The notes: generated from the letters alone by a model not told the origin. 32,000 nucleotides of DNA from Trichodesmium erythraeum IMS101 (GCF_000014265.1 NC_008312.1:2580001-2612000); one strand, 5' to 3'. Shown: positions 1 through 9,968, counted from the first letter of the stretch. Numbers and translations: made by a program.

Positions 1-312
1 GCTCTATGACTTCATCATTCAACCAAAATGTGAGGCTCCCTCTCTGTCTTAGGGACGCATCAGACCTACGACCAGTTGCTGAAGAGGTACTTAGACTTGG
101 ACTTGGACTTACTCATCTCTACCCTTACTATAGGTTTCTTGTGCCACACGCTTATTGTTACCATATTTTCTATCTTTATACAACAAAGCCTAAGGGAAGT
201 GATAATTTTTGGAGATGTCTAATAATAAGAACCACTGCATAGCTAGGGCGTGTCATCAATTACAGAGATTGACATGCAGGGGTATTATATGCTGTAGATC
301 GATGGCGATCGC

Positions 313-728
313 TATGCTAATAAAATTACTGAGGCTACCAAATAAATCCCTCCCAGGAAGTTAACCGAACGTTTATCGTATCTAGTAGCGATCGCTCGAT
401 ACTGTTTGAGTTTGGCAAAGAAATTTTCGCTCAGATGACGTGCTTTGTACAAGCCTCTGATCATAATTACGCTGTTCTTTTCGGTTTTTTTTCGGAGGAA
501 TCACTACTTCTATGCCTCTGTGGGTTAAGGGCCCAATTACCCGCTCTTGAGCATCATAAGCTTTATCCCCTAATAGCGCTTCTGCTTCCACCATCGGTAA
601 TAAAACATCTGCCCCCTCCAAGTCAGAGGCTTGAGCTGGAGTTAAAAAAAACTAGTGGGATTACCCAGAGCATCTACTACCCCCTGTATCTTGGTACTCA
701 ATCCTCCCTTGCTACGACCAATATCTAA
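313..728 (-). pseudogene. IS5-family DDE transposase remnant (C-terminal ~140 codons only, internal frameshift near 441-447)
   Basis: Minus-strand translation reads IGRSKGGLSTKIQGVVDALGNP...LLGDKAYDAQERV...VIPPKKNRKEQRNYDQRL; track ORF 382..621 is part of it. It then continues in another frame as RHLSENFFAKLKQYRAIATRYDKRSVNFLGGIYLVASVILLA-stop, with the stop at 313-315. These are the conserved C-terminal blocks of IS5-family transposases. No N-terminal half and no terminal inverted repeats were seen. Confidence 0.7.
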
Positions 729-917
729 TGAATCAGATAAACTAGAGGAAAACAATCTGGCATCTAACTCCCTGGGATGGAAATAACATAGAGGGTTCCA
801 TACTAGCTTTTCTAGAGGTATTCCTAAGATTTACTACACCTCAATTAACAAAGGTTAGAGCAGTTTATGCTTTCCATATTCTTAAGGGAACAATATGTCA
901 AACAATGATTTCAGCAG

Positions 918-1874
918 TTACGAATGATCCCAATCTCGCTTAATGCCCTTACGTTTATTGAGAAACCTATCAATTGCCATTGCTGCAATACAGCCATCCG
1001 AAGCTGCAACCACTGCCTGCTGAAAAGGTGTATTCCGAATATCCCCAATGGCCCAAACTCCTTCTACATTGGTTGCCATCATCTCATCTACTTTAACCCC
1101 ACCATTATCGATCAAAATAATATCAGGACTAATGTAGTCTGTGATCGGTCTCGATCCACTTTGGTATACAAACACCCCATCTACCTGTAGGGAAGCAACT
1201 TCCGGTTCTCCTCTAGTTTTCATCAAAATATTTGTTACCCCCGACTCATTACCTTGGATCGAAGTCAGGCGGGTAAAATTCCAATGCTTCACATTTGGTT
1301 GACTCAGCAATACCTGAACATGGGCATCTTCATGCTGTGGTTCTTTATTTGTCAGCCAATGAACAGTAGACACAAATTTCGTTAGGAACTGAGCCTCTTC
1401 AACTGCTTCTTGATTAACTCCATAAACGGCGACCTCTTTTTGGCGAAAAAATGCTCCGTCACAAGTGGCACAGTAGCTTACCCCCCGACCTAGAAATTCT
1501 GATTCGCCTCGAAGAGAAGATTTGCGACCCATTGCCCCTGTAGCTAAGACCAGAGATCGCCCCAAAAACGTTCCTTCTGGAGTATAAACTTTTTTTAATG
1601 ACCCTTCTACATCAATACCAAATACTTGTGCTCGCTGATATTTAGTTCCGAAAGAGATAGCTTGCTCTCGCATCTCATCTAGCAACGCATTCCCGCTAAT
1701 ATTACCTGCTACTCCCGGATAGTTAGCAATTTTATGGGTAATCGCCAATGCCCCCACTGCTGGGTTTTTGTCCAGAATTACTGTTTTTAAATCTGCACGA
1801 GATGTATATAGTGCACAGCTACAGCCGGCTGGGCCACCTCCAATAATAACTACATCAAATTCATAAGTTTCCAA
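918..1874 (-). CDS. Low-Mr thioredoxin-reductase-like FAD flavoprotein; redox CATC present, NADPH-binding motifs apparently degenerate (DTR/DDOR-like)
   Basis: 318-aa ORF. N-terminal FAD Rossmann motif VVIIGGGPAGCSCA. Redox-active CATC at residues 135-138 (nt 1461-1472). GD motif AIGD near the C-terminus. The second dinucleotide motif reads VAVYGVNQEA instead of GGGxxA, and the HRRxxxR block is replaced by TNKEPQH. Confidence 0.88.
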   Translation of the reverse strand: METYEFDVVIIGGGPAGCSCALYTSRADLKTVILDKNPAVGALAITHKIANYPGVAGNISGNALLDEMREQAISFGTKYQRAQVFGIDVEGSLKKVYTPEGTFLGRSLVLATGAMGRKSSLRGESEFLGRGVSYCATCDGAFFRQKEVAVYGVNQEAVEEAQFLTKFVSTVHWLTNKEPQHEDAHVQVLLSQPNVKHWNFTRLTSIQGNESGVTNILMKTRGEPEVASLQVDGVFVYQSGSRPITDYISPDIILIDNGGVKVDEMMATNVEGVWAIGDIRNTPFQQAVVAASDGCIAAMAIDRFLNKRKGIKRDWDHS

Positions 1875-2642
1875 AATTTATAGTCCTCAAAAATAATACT
1901 TTATAAGATTAAAATACATCTATTATGATATGCTCAGCACATGAGAGGAAGTATTGTAGTGATAGTATACTATCAACAATCACTTCTGCAAATCCATAAG
2001 TCTAAAGTGCTACAGGCAAATACATTGAATTGAGATAGAAATATTAGTTGAGTAGGTATCTAAACTATTAATTCTATCCCAGTTGCGGTATGATTTTTTA
2101 TGTTTTGTTAATTTATAACTATTAGTTAACAAAAAAGTTATGAAAAATCAATGTTAGGTTAGGTAAAACTATAGTGAAACTAAACAAATATTTGTGGGTT
2201 TTGTTTAGTCGACCTTGGAAAAGCTGTGGGAAAGGGGTATTTCTTAAATTTAATCTTTGCATACCTAAAAATTGTAAATCTATCAAACTTCAGAAAAGTT
2301 AGGAGAGAAAAATTAGCTATCATTGTAAAAGAACTAAAGACTATTTGCCTCTAAAAAAACGAAATGATCAGTATTTGCAGCTTCAAAATTTTTTTTTACT
2401 TTCCTCTAGATTTTAAGAATTTATAATATATCACAAAATGGAAATAAAATGCTAAAAAATAGTGAAATTTCCTTGATTAATTGAGATTTTTTTGGATTTT
2501 TTTATCATCAAATTCTGACAAAATTAAAAATATTCAAACAAAAAGACTAAAACATATAAGTAAAAGTTAAAAGCTAAAGGAATTTTGAGACTTAGAAGTT
2601 TTTGTAGGGATCCCCTTGTGGGGAATGAAATATATTAGTCAA

Positions 2643-2711
2643 GAGCGATCGCTTGTCTCTGGGCTGCACTGAATTGTGAGACTCAATAAAGGCAAGTCAA
2701 ATACCTGACAA
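2643..2711. repeat. 69-nt dispersed repeat, copy 1 (starts with HIP1 GCGATCGC)
   Basis: Ungapped alignment to 3838-3906 gives 52/69 identical positions, counted by hand. Both copies have the same orientation and both lie just 3' of minus-strand genes. Confidence 0.5.
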
Positions 2712-2887
2712 ACCCTTGACGTCAATATTACTGACCGTCATTTCTGCTTGCCACATGTTGTACTGGATTTGCAGGTTTTGCTAACTTTCGTCAGATATAC
2801 CAGCTTGATAAACTCGTCACCTCGTAAGCTAATTGATCGTTCTAGAGTCAAACAGGCGCAATTATTCCACCCCAAGATGGAAATAAA

Positions 2888-3367
2888 CTATATGCAGATT
2901 TGTTTGCTAGGTTGTCTTGCAGTAGCTGGATTAAAATTAAACTGGGTATCTACAAATTCCACACAATTATAAGTATTAATCCACAGATGAGCACCACATT
3001 TTGCTGGTTCGTAAGGTCGATAGACGATTAGACAAGGACCTGGAATATATAAATCATAACCATAGTCGTTGCGTTTACCATCCTTAACAGAAACAACTGG
3101 TTCTAGTTTTTCTGGAGGCTTACGCTTATTACTTTTAATCTTGCTTTGATTAACATGAATCATTTTAGGTTCAGTGGGTTCTTGCTTGTGCCAAATACCT
3201 TTCGGACCGCGCCGAGCCGGAATTATTACAGGCATTCCACTCGAATTAGCTGGTATTTCCCATATTCTACCTTTTTTATCAGCACCTTTGACTCTTCCTT
3301 GAGCTAATAAAACTAATAAACGTTGACGAGAGATACCTAATAAAAAAGATGCTTCTCTAGTACCCAT
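2888..3367 (-). CDS. Small helix-turn-helix (excisionase/MerR-like) DNA-binding protein, cyanobacterial family
   Basis: 159-aa ORF. The N-terminus TREASFLLGISRQRLLVLLAQGRVKGADKKGRIWEIP is a typical HTH_17/excisionase-type motif. The C-terminal part (CGAHLWI) resembles a conserved cyanobacterial hypothetical family, from recollection only. Confidence 0.6.
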   Translation of the reverse strand: MGTREASFLLGISRQRLLVLLAQGRVKGADKKGRIWEIPANSSGMPVIIPARRGPKGIWHKQEPTEPKMIHVNQSKIKSNKRKPPEKLEPVVSVKDGKRNDYGYDLYIPGPCLIVYRPYEPAKCGAHLWINTYNCVEFVDTQFNFNPATARQPSKQICI

Positions 3368-3837
3368 GATTTTTTTTTCAACTATTGGACAATAGTTATT
3401 TTATAATAAAAAGGTAACTTTGAGAGAGTTACGTAACGGGACTTTAGTTAAAAATATGTTTTATGTTTAAAATAGCATTAAAACCTTACACAGCAATTAT
3501 TTAACCTTAAATCAACCTGTTTCTTGATATATTTGGGTCTAAGCTATTTTTAGCCTCAACAACGTATAACATTATCTATGTTTGGTTTGAAGCCATTTTC
3601 ACTTCTCTACTATCAAAGTACTGCTAAAAATAATAGTAAATGAAATTGTTGATTTTGTGGTAGTGGCGTACAAGTAGTAATACTGAGAATATTAACTCAA
3701 CTAGATACCTTAGAGTATTAAGGGTAAAACCTAAGCATTTGGGGTAAAGCGATCGCTTATCTGCTATAATTTTCTTTAATCTTATTTACCACAAAACTAT
3801 CATTCTGTCAAACTGCTGAACTGAAAGACACTGGCAT

Positions 3838-3906
3838 GAGCGATCGCTATTCTATCTGCTGCATAGAATGGTGAGATTGGATGAAGGTAAATCAAATGGC
3901 GGACAA
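3838..3906. repeat. 69-nt dispersed repeat, copy 2
   Basis: 75% identical to 2643-2711. It contains a 7-bp hairpin, attctat-ctgctgc-atagaat. It lies 17 nt 3' of the alternate-frame stop (3923) of the large minus-strand gene. A partial third copy (gcgatcgcttatctgct) sits at about 3749-3765. Confidence 0.5.
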
Positions 3907-3922
3907 TCTCTCTGAGAAATTT

Positions 3923-4081
3923 TTAGCTACTTGGTTGTAGCCATGCTTGGACAATTGCTTTCCCAACTTTGAGATACTTGTTTTCCAGAAAAAATTCGTC
4001 AATTGCAGTTCCACCTCCCGCCCTTAAAGCAGCAATGGTTCGTTGCTTGGTGACTTGGATAAACTGTAACATCAACATAAG
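3923..4081 (-). other. Out-of-frame continuation of the 3999..6464 ORF that encodes a conserved-looking C-terminal module
   Basis: A second minus-strand frame is open from 4081 to the TAA at 3923-3925. It reads ...QFIQVTKQRTIAALRAGGGTAIDEFFLENKYLKVGKAIVQAWLQPSS-stop. This is the expected continuation of the LAEAAEEIQKLLRQLEKTNP module seen just upstream in the main frame. In that frame the ORF instead ends in an odd Cys/Trp-rich tail. Confidence 0.55.
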
Positions 4082-6464
4082 CTACTTGTTCAAGCTCAGT
4101 TGCAGAAGGGTTAGTTTTCTCAAGCTGCCTTAGAAGTTTTTGGATCTCCTCAGCAGCCTCTGCAAGAATTTGGCGATCAGAGGTATTAATATTGATAATA
4201 CCTTCATTTTTTCCAGTTGCTCCAATAACTTGACTGTTAAAGTTCATTTCAACTTCAACATTTTTGGATTCTGTCATGGTACTTACCTCTAAATTAATTG
4301 GGCGATTTGCATACTGACGATGAGTAGTAAGTTCTCTACTAGGAAGTAAACCAACAATAGTAAGAATTATATTAATAATCTCTTCCCTAGAGCCTACTAC
4401 AGCATCTAAATCTAACTTTGCTATTGAGTTTGATAGAATTCTCAACTCTTGATCATTTAATCCGCATAGTATTTCTTCAAAATTTTCTGGATAATTTGAA
4501 TCAGAAAATATTGGAGGAACAGAATTTGGTCGTGAGCTATTCTGAGGGCTTTCCTTGATTTTCAAGATCTCACTTACAAGCCGTGCTTTAGGGGTCACTG
4601 TGTAAGACTTCTGTTGGACATTTTGTAACAATTTGACCCCATTTTCAGAATTGGGTATGGTTTTTGCTAATTTTTGTTCTAATTCTCTAGCTCTTGTGTT
4701 TGATGTATTTAGATGATTTTCTCGTAATTTTAATTCAAAAATTTGTGGCAGCGGTTGGTCAATATTCACTTGTTGAATTCTGGGATTTTTCTTGTATGGA
4801 TAAAAAAACTTGTTAGTAGTCTCTCTATACTCATTCAATAGCTTTAGAAAGTTTTCAATATCTTTTGGTTCAACTAAACGCAAAGATTTTTCCAGACTAG
4901 AGCTAGAGTTAGCCAAATTGATTAGTTCATTTTCAATTTCATTGCGTAGATTATACATATTGTCAAGGCAGGTTGAGTATGTGTCTATTTCTTCAGTAGA
5001 TACATCCAATGGTTGTTTTCTTAGCTTGATTAGTTCAGCTAATGCCTCATCTCTATATTGCAATACTATTCTTTCAGTTTCTGATACTAATTTTTCTTTT
5101 TTCTTTTTTTGCTCAACCGTCATATTTTCTCTGATCATTTGGCTAATAGGATGCTCATATCCAATTGAGGCCATAACTGTATCAAAACTAATACTATCTC
5201 GGCTCTTAAAGGGAAAAAGAATAGAGATTTTTAGATTAGTTCCATCTATCCATTTAGGAACTTGAGTATGTAACTGTGTAAAAAATTCAGTTAATTGCAA
5301 AGAGTATTCAGAGAAATCTATATCAGATTCATCACATAATAGTTTAGCTTTCTCTAAAAATATTTCTTGCCTATCTGAAAATGGTAGTTCAAAAATAGAT
5401 GCAATAAAATTATTATAATTATTATATTTATATTTGAGAATTTCATGAGACTGAGTATGCAATTCAGATTGTTTTTTATGGGCTTTCTTAAACTTATTAA
5501 ATGATGGAATACATTTCTTGGTATTTCCCCACCACTGAAATAATTGATTTTCTAATGAGATGAATTTTGAGTTGCTTTTTTGCTTTATACGTTTTGCTGC
5601 TTTTTCTAAGATTTTTGATGCTTTTGAAGTAAGAAGTTGGCTTGCTGCAAGAAGACATTCATCATAAATATTGGTGGAGATGGAAATTGTCTTGAGTTTG
5701 TTAATAGCAACCTTAAGGTTTTCTTGTTCAAGTTGATGCTTTTCTCGTTTTTTGGATATACTTTCCAAGCGAACGCGACAATCAGACACAATCCTGTTGC
5801 ATCTCCAAGAAGAAGTACTAAGATTATCAATCAAAGATTTATAGTCTGTTGTCTGCTGTCCTAATTTGCGAAGCTTTTCAATAATTTGGGCGACCAATAT
5901 CAGTTCATCCCATAATCTCTCGCTTTTATTAATCCAATCCTTAATGTCTGTGAGTGATCGATCAATGGAACTTATAAAGGAAATAATATCTTGCTCAACT
6001 TGATTCCATTTGTTCAGTGATACCTGGTTTTCTTGATAGAAGTCGTCAATCCAATATCTCATTTGATAGAAAGCCTCATCGGCTGATAAATTTCCCACAG
6101 GAAAAACATCAATCGTTAATTCACCTATATCAGTGAAAAAAACAAAACATGGTACATGACGACCAATTCCTAAGCGTGCAGCAAAACGCATGGATTCACC
6201 AATTCCAGGCATTGCAGTATTATTTTTTACATTAAAAGATAACTCACGAGTTCTTTCAGGCGCGTCTATGGGAAACATTAAATCGGGGGTTAGATCGCGC
6301 CAACGGTCATCATACATTCGTCGAAAGCGATTCCGCCTTGTCCTCCACTCACGACTTCTCATCTCCTCAATAAGTTGGTATATGCCTGCTTCGAGCTGTG
6401 TATCAGGATTATCTTTATGTTGGCAAACTAAACGATAAAGGGCGTCTGCGATCTGTAGGGCCAA
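3999..6464 (-). CDS. Large alpha-helical/coiled-coil protein of unknown function (central part of a probably frame-disrupted ~1000-codon gene)
   Basis: 821-aa ORF whose apparent start is a TTG. I recognised no catalytic motifs. There are long K/E/Q/N-rich helical stretches. The C-terminal NFNSQVIGATGKNEGIININTSDRQILAEAAEEIQKLLRQLEKT module resembles one common in cyanobacterial proteins. Confidence 0.6.
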   Translation of the reverse strand: MALQIADALYRLVCQHKDNPDTQLEAGIYQLIEEMRSREWRTRRNRFRRMYDDRWRDLTPDLMFPIDAPERTRELSFNVKNNTAMPGIGESMRFAARLGIGRHVPCFVFFTDIGELTIDVFPVGNLSADEAFYQMRYWIDDFYQENQVSLNKWNQVEQDIISFISSIDRSLTDIKDWINKSERLWDELILVAQIIEKLRKLGQQTTDYKSLIDNLSTSSWRCNRIVSDCRVRLESISKKREKHQLEQENLKVAINKLKTISISTNIYDECLLAASQLLTSKASKILEKAAKRIKQKSNSKFISLENQLFQWWGNTKKCIPSFNKFKKAHKKQSELHTQSHEILKYKYNNYNNFIASIFELPFSDRQEIFLEKAKLLCDESDIDFSEYSLQLTEFFTQLHTQVPKWIDGTNLKISILFPFKSRDSISFDTVMASIGYEHPISQMIRENMTVEQKKKKEKLVSETERIVLQYRDEALAELIKLRKQPLDVSTEEIDTYSTCLDNMYNLRNEIENELINLANSSSSLEKSLRLVEPKDIENFLKLLNEYRETTNKFFYPYKKNPRIQQVNIDQPLPQIFELKLRENHLNTSNTRARELEQKLAKTIPNSENGVKLLQNVQQKSYTVTPKARLVSEILKIKESPQNSSRPNSVPPIFSDSNYPENFEEILCGLNDQELRILSNSIAKLDLDAVVGSREEIINIILTIVGLLPSRELTTHRQYANRPINLEVSTMTESKNVEVEMNFNSQVIGATGKNEGIININTSDRQILAEAAEEIQKLLRQLEKTNPSATELEQVAYVDVTVYPSHQATNHCCFKGGRWNCN

Positions 6465-6891
6465 ACCTCTGAGAAATTCTTGACAAAAAGAAATCTACTT
6501 CGTTGTAGTTTCGCCAGTGTAGTGCTTCCCAAAAATCATTCAGTATTTCTCCTATACTATATCTGTCTGATCTAGAGAATCTCTCAATTACTTGGTTAAG
6601 AAGGCCATTGTTACGTAGTCTTTTAGCCGAAAAGGAATTAGAGTTCATCCTAGACGCAATATCCTCGAAATATGCTTCAGGAAGCTCTGAGAAGAAAATT
6701 ATGCGTATGCGATCAGCAGTGCGGTGACAGAGATCTATAAAGTAATGGCTAATCAAGTCCTGGCATACAGGTGAGTCATCATTCACAAAAATAATACTTA
6801 AACAAAATCCATCAGTAAGCGATCGGCTATAATTGTCTAACCGAAATAGGTAACGATATATATCTTCTGCTGAAGGTGCTCTATATCCCAT
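6415..6891 (-). CDS. Hypothetical protein, probably the N-terminal fragment of the downstream 3999..6464 gene
   Basis: 158-aa ORF that overlaps the next ORF by 50 nt in a different frame. The downstream frame opens only 12 codons before its TTG start, which fits either a frameshift or an overlapping gene pair. Confidence 0.5.
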   Translation of the reverse strand: MGYRAPSAEDIYRYLFRLDNYSRSLTDGFCLSIIFVNDDSPVCQDLISHYFIDLCHRTADRIRIIFFSELPEAYFEDIASRMNSNSFSAKRLRNNGLLNQVIERFSRSDRYSIGEILNDFWEALHWRNYNEVDFFLSRISQRFGPTDRRRPLSFSLPT

Positions 6892-7136
6892 CGAAGTAAT
6901 CCTTACTCAAATTATATTTAGAGGGCAACTCGATTAATTACTTGATTGTGAATAGAAGAGGACTGAAAGTACTATCCAACCCTAGCTATTCTCAACAAGG
7001 TTTAAATTTTTCGAGAGGCCCTAGAGTATGGGTCCAAGTACTACAGATGACCTGGAAAACAAATTAATTGTGTCAGTCCATTATAAGAGCTATCGGACTC
7101 TAGCTTTGAGCCACATTAACGTTTAATCAATTCTTT

Positions 7137-9089
7137 CTAATCCAACTCAAACTCCTCCTTCCAAGACTCATCCTTTTCCCAAGGAATTTGATCCGTTTTA
7201 GCCATCAAAAAATTCTCCACCACCAAATAATCCATCTCAGTCCGCATAAAACACCGATAAGCATCCTCCGGAGTACAAACAATTGGTTCACCCCGCACAT
7301 TAAAAGAAGTATTCACAATTACCCCACATCCCGTGAGCTTTTCAAAATGACTAATCAAATCATGATAACGAGGATTAGTTTCCTGATGAATAGTTTGAAT
7401 TCTCGCCGAATAATCAACATGAGTAATAGCCGGAATTTCCGAGCGTGGCACATTCAACTTCTCAATACCAAACAACTGCCTTTGGTCCTCAGTCATAGGA
7501 ATTAACAAACCCTCCTGCACCGGAGCTACCAACAACATATAAGGACTAGAATGTTCAATATCAAAATAATCCGAAACTCGTTCCGCCAAAACCGAAGGAG
7601 CAAAAGGTCGAAAAGACTCCCGATACTTAATCTTCAAATTCATCACCGACTGCATCTTAGTATTTCGAGGGTCTCCAATAATAGACCGCCCACCCAAAGC
7701 GCGAGGTCCGAACTCCATCCGACCTTGAAACCATCCCACCACATTGCCATTATCCAAAATTTTTGCCAACCGAGGCATTAACTCTGTATCTGGCAAATAT
7801 TCATATTTTGCCTGAATAGCATCAAGATATTCCCGAATCTCCTCATCTTCAAACTTAGGTCCGAGATAAGCACCCTGCATCATGTCATTAGGAGCACTAC
7901 AAACAAGACGTTTTGCCACAGAAACAGCAGAATTTCTAGACTCCACAGAAGCAGAAACATTGTATTCCTTAGAAATATTCCTAGGAACCTTCCTACTATC
8001 AAGCTTTTCTATTACCCGCGGTTGGTCATGGTATTCGTACCAAACAGCCAAAGCAGCACCTAAGGCACCACCAGCATCTCCCGCTGCAGGTTGAATCCAA
8101 ATATCCTTAAAAATACCTTCCCGTAGAACTTTACCATTCGCTACACAATTAAGAGCAACTCCCCCTGCCAAACAAAGATAGTCAGTATCAAGTTCTTTTT
8201 GCACCGTTCGACTCAGACGTAATACCACCTCCTCAGTTACTCTCTGAATAGAAGCAGCAATATCCATTTCTCGTTGACTAATTTTAGTTTCAGCTTTTCG
8301 AGGAGACCCGCCAAACAATTTATCAAACTTCTCATTAGTCATAGTCAACCCGGTTGTGTAATTGAAATATTCCATATTCAACCGGAAAGTACCATCAGCT
8401 TTTAAATCTATAAGGTTATTTAAAATTAAGTCTACATAATTAGGTTCTCCATAAGGAGCTAAACCCATAAGTTTGTATTCCCCAGAATTGACTTTGAAGC
8501 CTGTGTAATAAGTAAAAGCTGAGTAGAGTAAACCTAAAGAGTGAGGAAAATCAATTTCCCACTGGGGAGTAAGTTTATTTCCTTCTCCCAACCAAACTGA
8601 AGTAGTCGCCCACTCACCCACTCCATCCAGACACATTACCGCAGCACGGTCAAAGGGACTGGGGAAAAAAGCTGAAGCTGCATGAGCTTGATGATGTTCG
8701 GTAAACATCAGTTTGGGGATATGGGATGCTTTACACTGACCCAATGTAGCTAATTCTTTTTTTAAAAGGGTTTTTAAATATAATTTTTCTTTTAACCAGA
8801 TCGGCATTGCCATGAGAAAAGACCGAAAGCCTTTAGGAGCATAGCTGAGGTAAGTTTCCAGAAGTCGCTCGAATTTAACTAAAGGTTTGTCGTAAAAAAC
8901 TATTTGGTCTAAGTCCAGTAATTCTATGTTGGCTTCTTTCAGACAATAGGAAATAGCATTTTGGGGAAATCTGGGATCATGTTTTTTACGAGAAAATCTT
9001 TCTTCTTGGGCGGCGGCGATAATTTTTCCGTCACATACGAGAGCTGCTGCACTATCGTGGTAATAAGCTGAAATTCCTAGGATGTTCAT
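7137..9089 (-). CDS. Carbamoyltransferase, NodU/CmcH family
   Basis: 650-aa ORF. The N-terminus MNILGISAYYHDSAAALVCDGKIIAAAQEERFSRKKHD is the typical Carbam_trans_N signature. The C-terminal VNTSFNVRGEPIVCTPEDA block is typical of the family. Confidence 0.9.
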   Translation of the reverse strand: MNILGISAYYHDSAAALVCDGKIIAAAQEERFSRKKHDPRFPQNAISYCLKEANIELLDLDQIVFYDKPLVKFERLLETYLSYAPKGFRSFLMAMPIWLKEKLYLKTLLKKELATLGQCKASHIPKLMFTEHHQAHAASAFFPSPFDRAAVMCLDGVGEWATTSVWLGEGNKLTPQWEIDFPHSLGLLYSAFTYYTGFKVNSGEYKLMGLAPYGEPNYVDLILNNLIDLKADGTFRLNMEYFNYTTGLTMTNEKFDKLFGGSPRKAETKISQREMDIAASIQRVTEEVVLRLSRTVQKELDTDYLCLAGGVALNCVANGKVLREGIFKDIWIQPAAGDAGGALGAALAVWYEYHDQPRVIEKLDSRKVPRNISKEYNVSASVESRNSAVSVAKRLVCSAPNDMMQGAYLGPKFEDEEIREYLDAIQAKYEYLPDTELMPRLAKILDNGNVVGWFQGRMEFGPRALGGRSIIGDPRNTKMQSVMNLKIKYRESFRPFAPSVLAERVSDYFDIEHSSPYMLLVAPVQEGLLIPMTEDQRQLFGIEKLNVPRSEIPAITHVDYSARIQTIHQETNPRYHDLISHFEKLTGCGVIVNTSFNVRGEPIVCTPEDAYRCFMRTEMDYLVVENFLMAKTDQIPWEKDESWKEEFELD

Positions 9090-9968
9090 AGTCTATAAGT
9101 TTTCTCCTCTCATGGCTTTAATCTAGTTTTGGCCAATATTTAGTTAAATATCCTCAGATTATAGTTCATCACAGCATAGTCATCTAGACTACGGTGAAAA
9201 ATTTTGACGAGTAATAGTTAACCAAAAACCTTAATAAACATTTTTAAGGTTACTTATATATATTTATAGACCTTTAAAAGGGTTTTCTCTAAAATTCGTC
9301 TAATCTTTTGACAAAATTTGAAATTTAATTTATAATATAGTAATTTAGTTTTTAAAAAAATTAAATTCTCAAAAGCTTACTCTTAATAGTTTTGAGGATT
9401 TTAATTCTAAAAAGTACTATAAACCTCGACGAATAATTATTTTAGCTTTTTTTTGCTTAATTCCCAACAAGTCTAAATATATAGATATAGTGACCTATTT
9501 TAACAAAAGCTAGTAAAGGCAGGAACTTTGCCTACATAAGTAAGCTAGGTATTTATGGCTAAAATTTAATCTTTTAAAGGTATTTATTAATCCGTTATTA
9601 TGCACCATTTTAGTTGACTTAGTCTAGTAGTGGACTGTTTCAGCTAAAATAGTGCAATATAACCCAGCAGGAGGATAATAATGGGAAAAGTTGGTGAGAT
9701 AAAATCTATCTGACGGTAAAACAGAAAGATAATTAGCGAAAAAATCACTTCTTTAATTAAATAACTAGACAAAGCTAGACCTAATGAGAGTATTTTTGGT
9801 AGCACTTTAATATTTACTTTCTGTTAAACATTTGTTACTGACCTGTAAGCGGTTTTCACTTTTCTAACATACAAAACTTCTGTCCTCTGCATGAGTGCAT
9901 AAGTGCCTTGAAGCCAAAACCTCTGTATTGTTGAAAAATGAAAACTGCTATAATATTAACAGTTAGTA

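Noticed and set aside
6-242. 78-aa plus-strand ORF at the window start
   Set aside because: It has no recognisable motif, an odd aromatic/Cys-rich composition and no SD. It lies next to an IS remnant and is probably non-coding.
435-728. 97-aa plus-strand ORF
   Set aside because: It is antisense to the clearly recognisable IS5 transposase remnant, so it is a shadow ORF.
924-1190. 88-aa plus-strand ORF inside the TrxR-like gene. The same class includes 4810..5265, 5606..5830, 5637..5864, 6190..6438, 7188..7505, 7551..7781, 7882..8094, 10524..10751, 11142..11354, 11442..11639, 11697..11879, 12047..12244, 12426..12617, 12434..12652, 13794..14165, 24309..24572, 27163..27348 and 27317..27526
   Set aside because: All are antisense or out-of-frame overlaps of long, motif-supported genes, and have low-complexity or Cys/His-rich compositions typical of shadow ORFs.
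2748-2972. 74-aa plus-strand ORF overlapping the 3' end of the HTH gene
   Set aside because: It has no motifs and overlaps a better-supported gene on the opposite strand.
9677-9709. SD-like AGGAGG followed by a 10-codon ORF (MGKVGEIKSI) in the leuS-carbamoyltransferase spacer
   Set aside because: It is too short to evaluate without conservation or ribosome-profiling data, and could be chance in AT-rich sequence.
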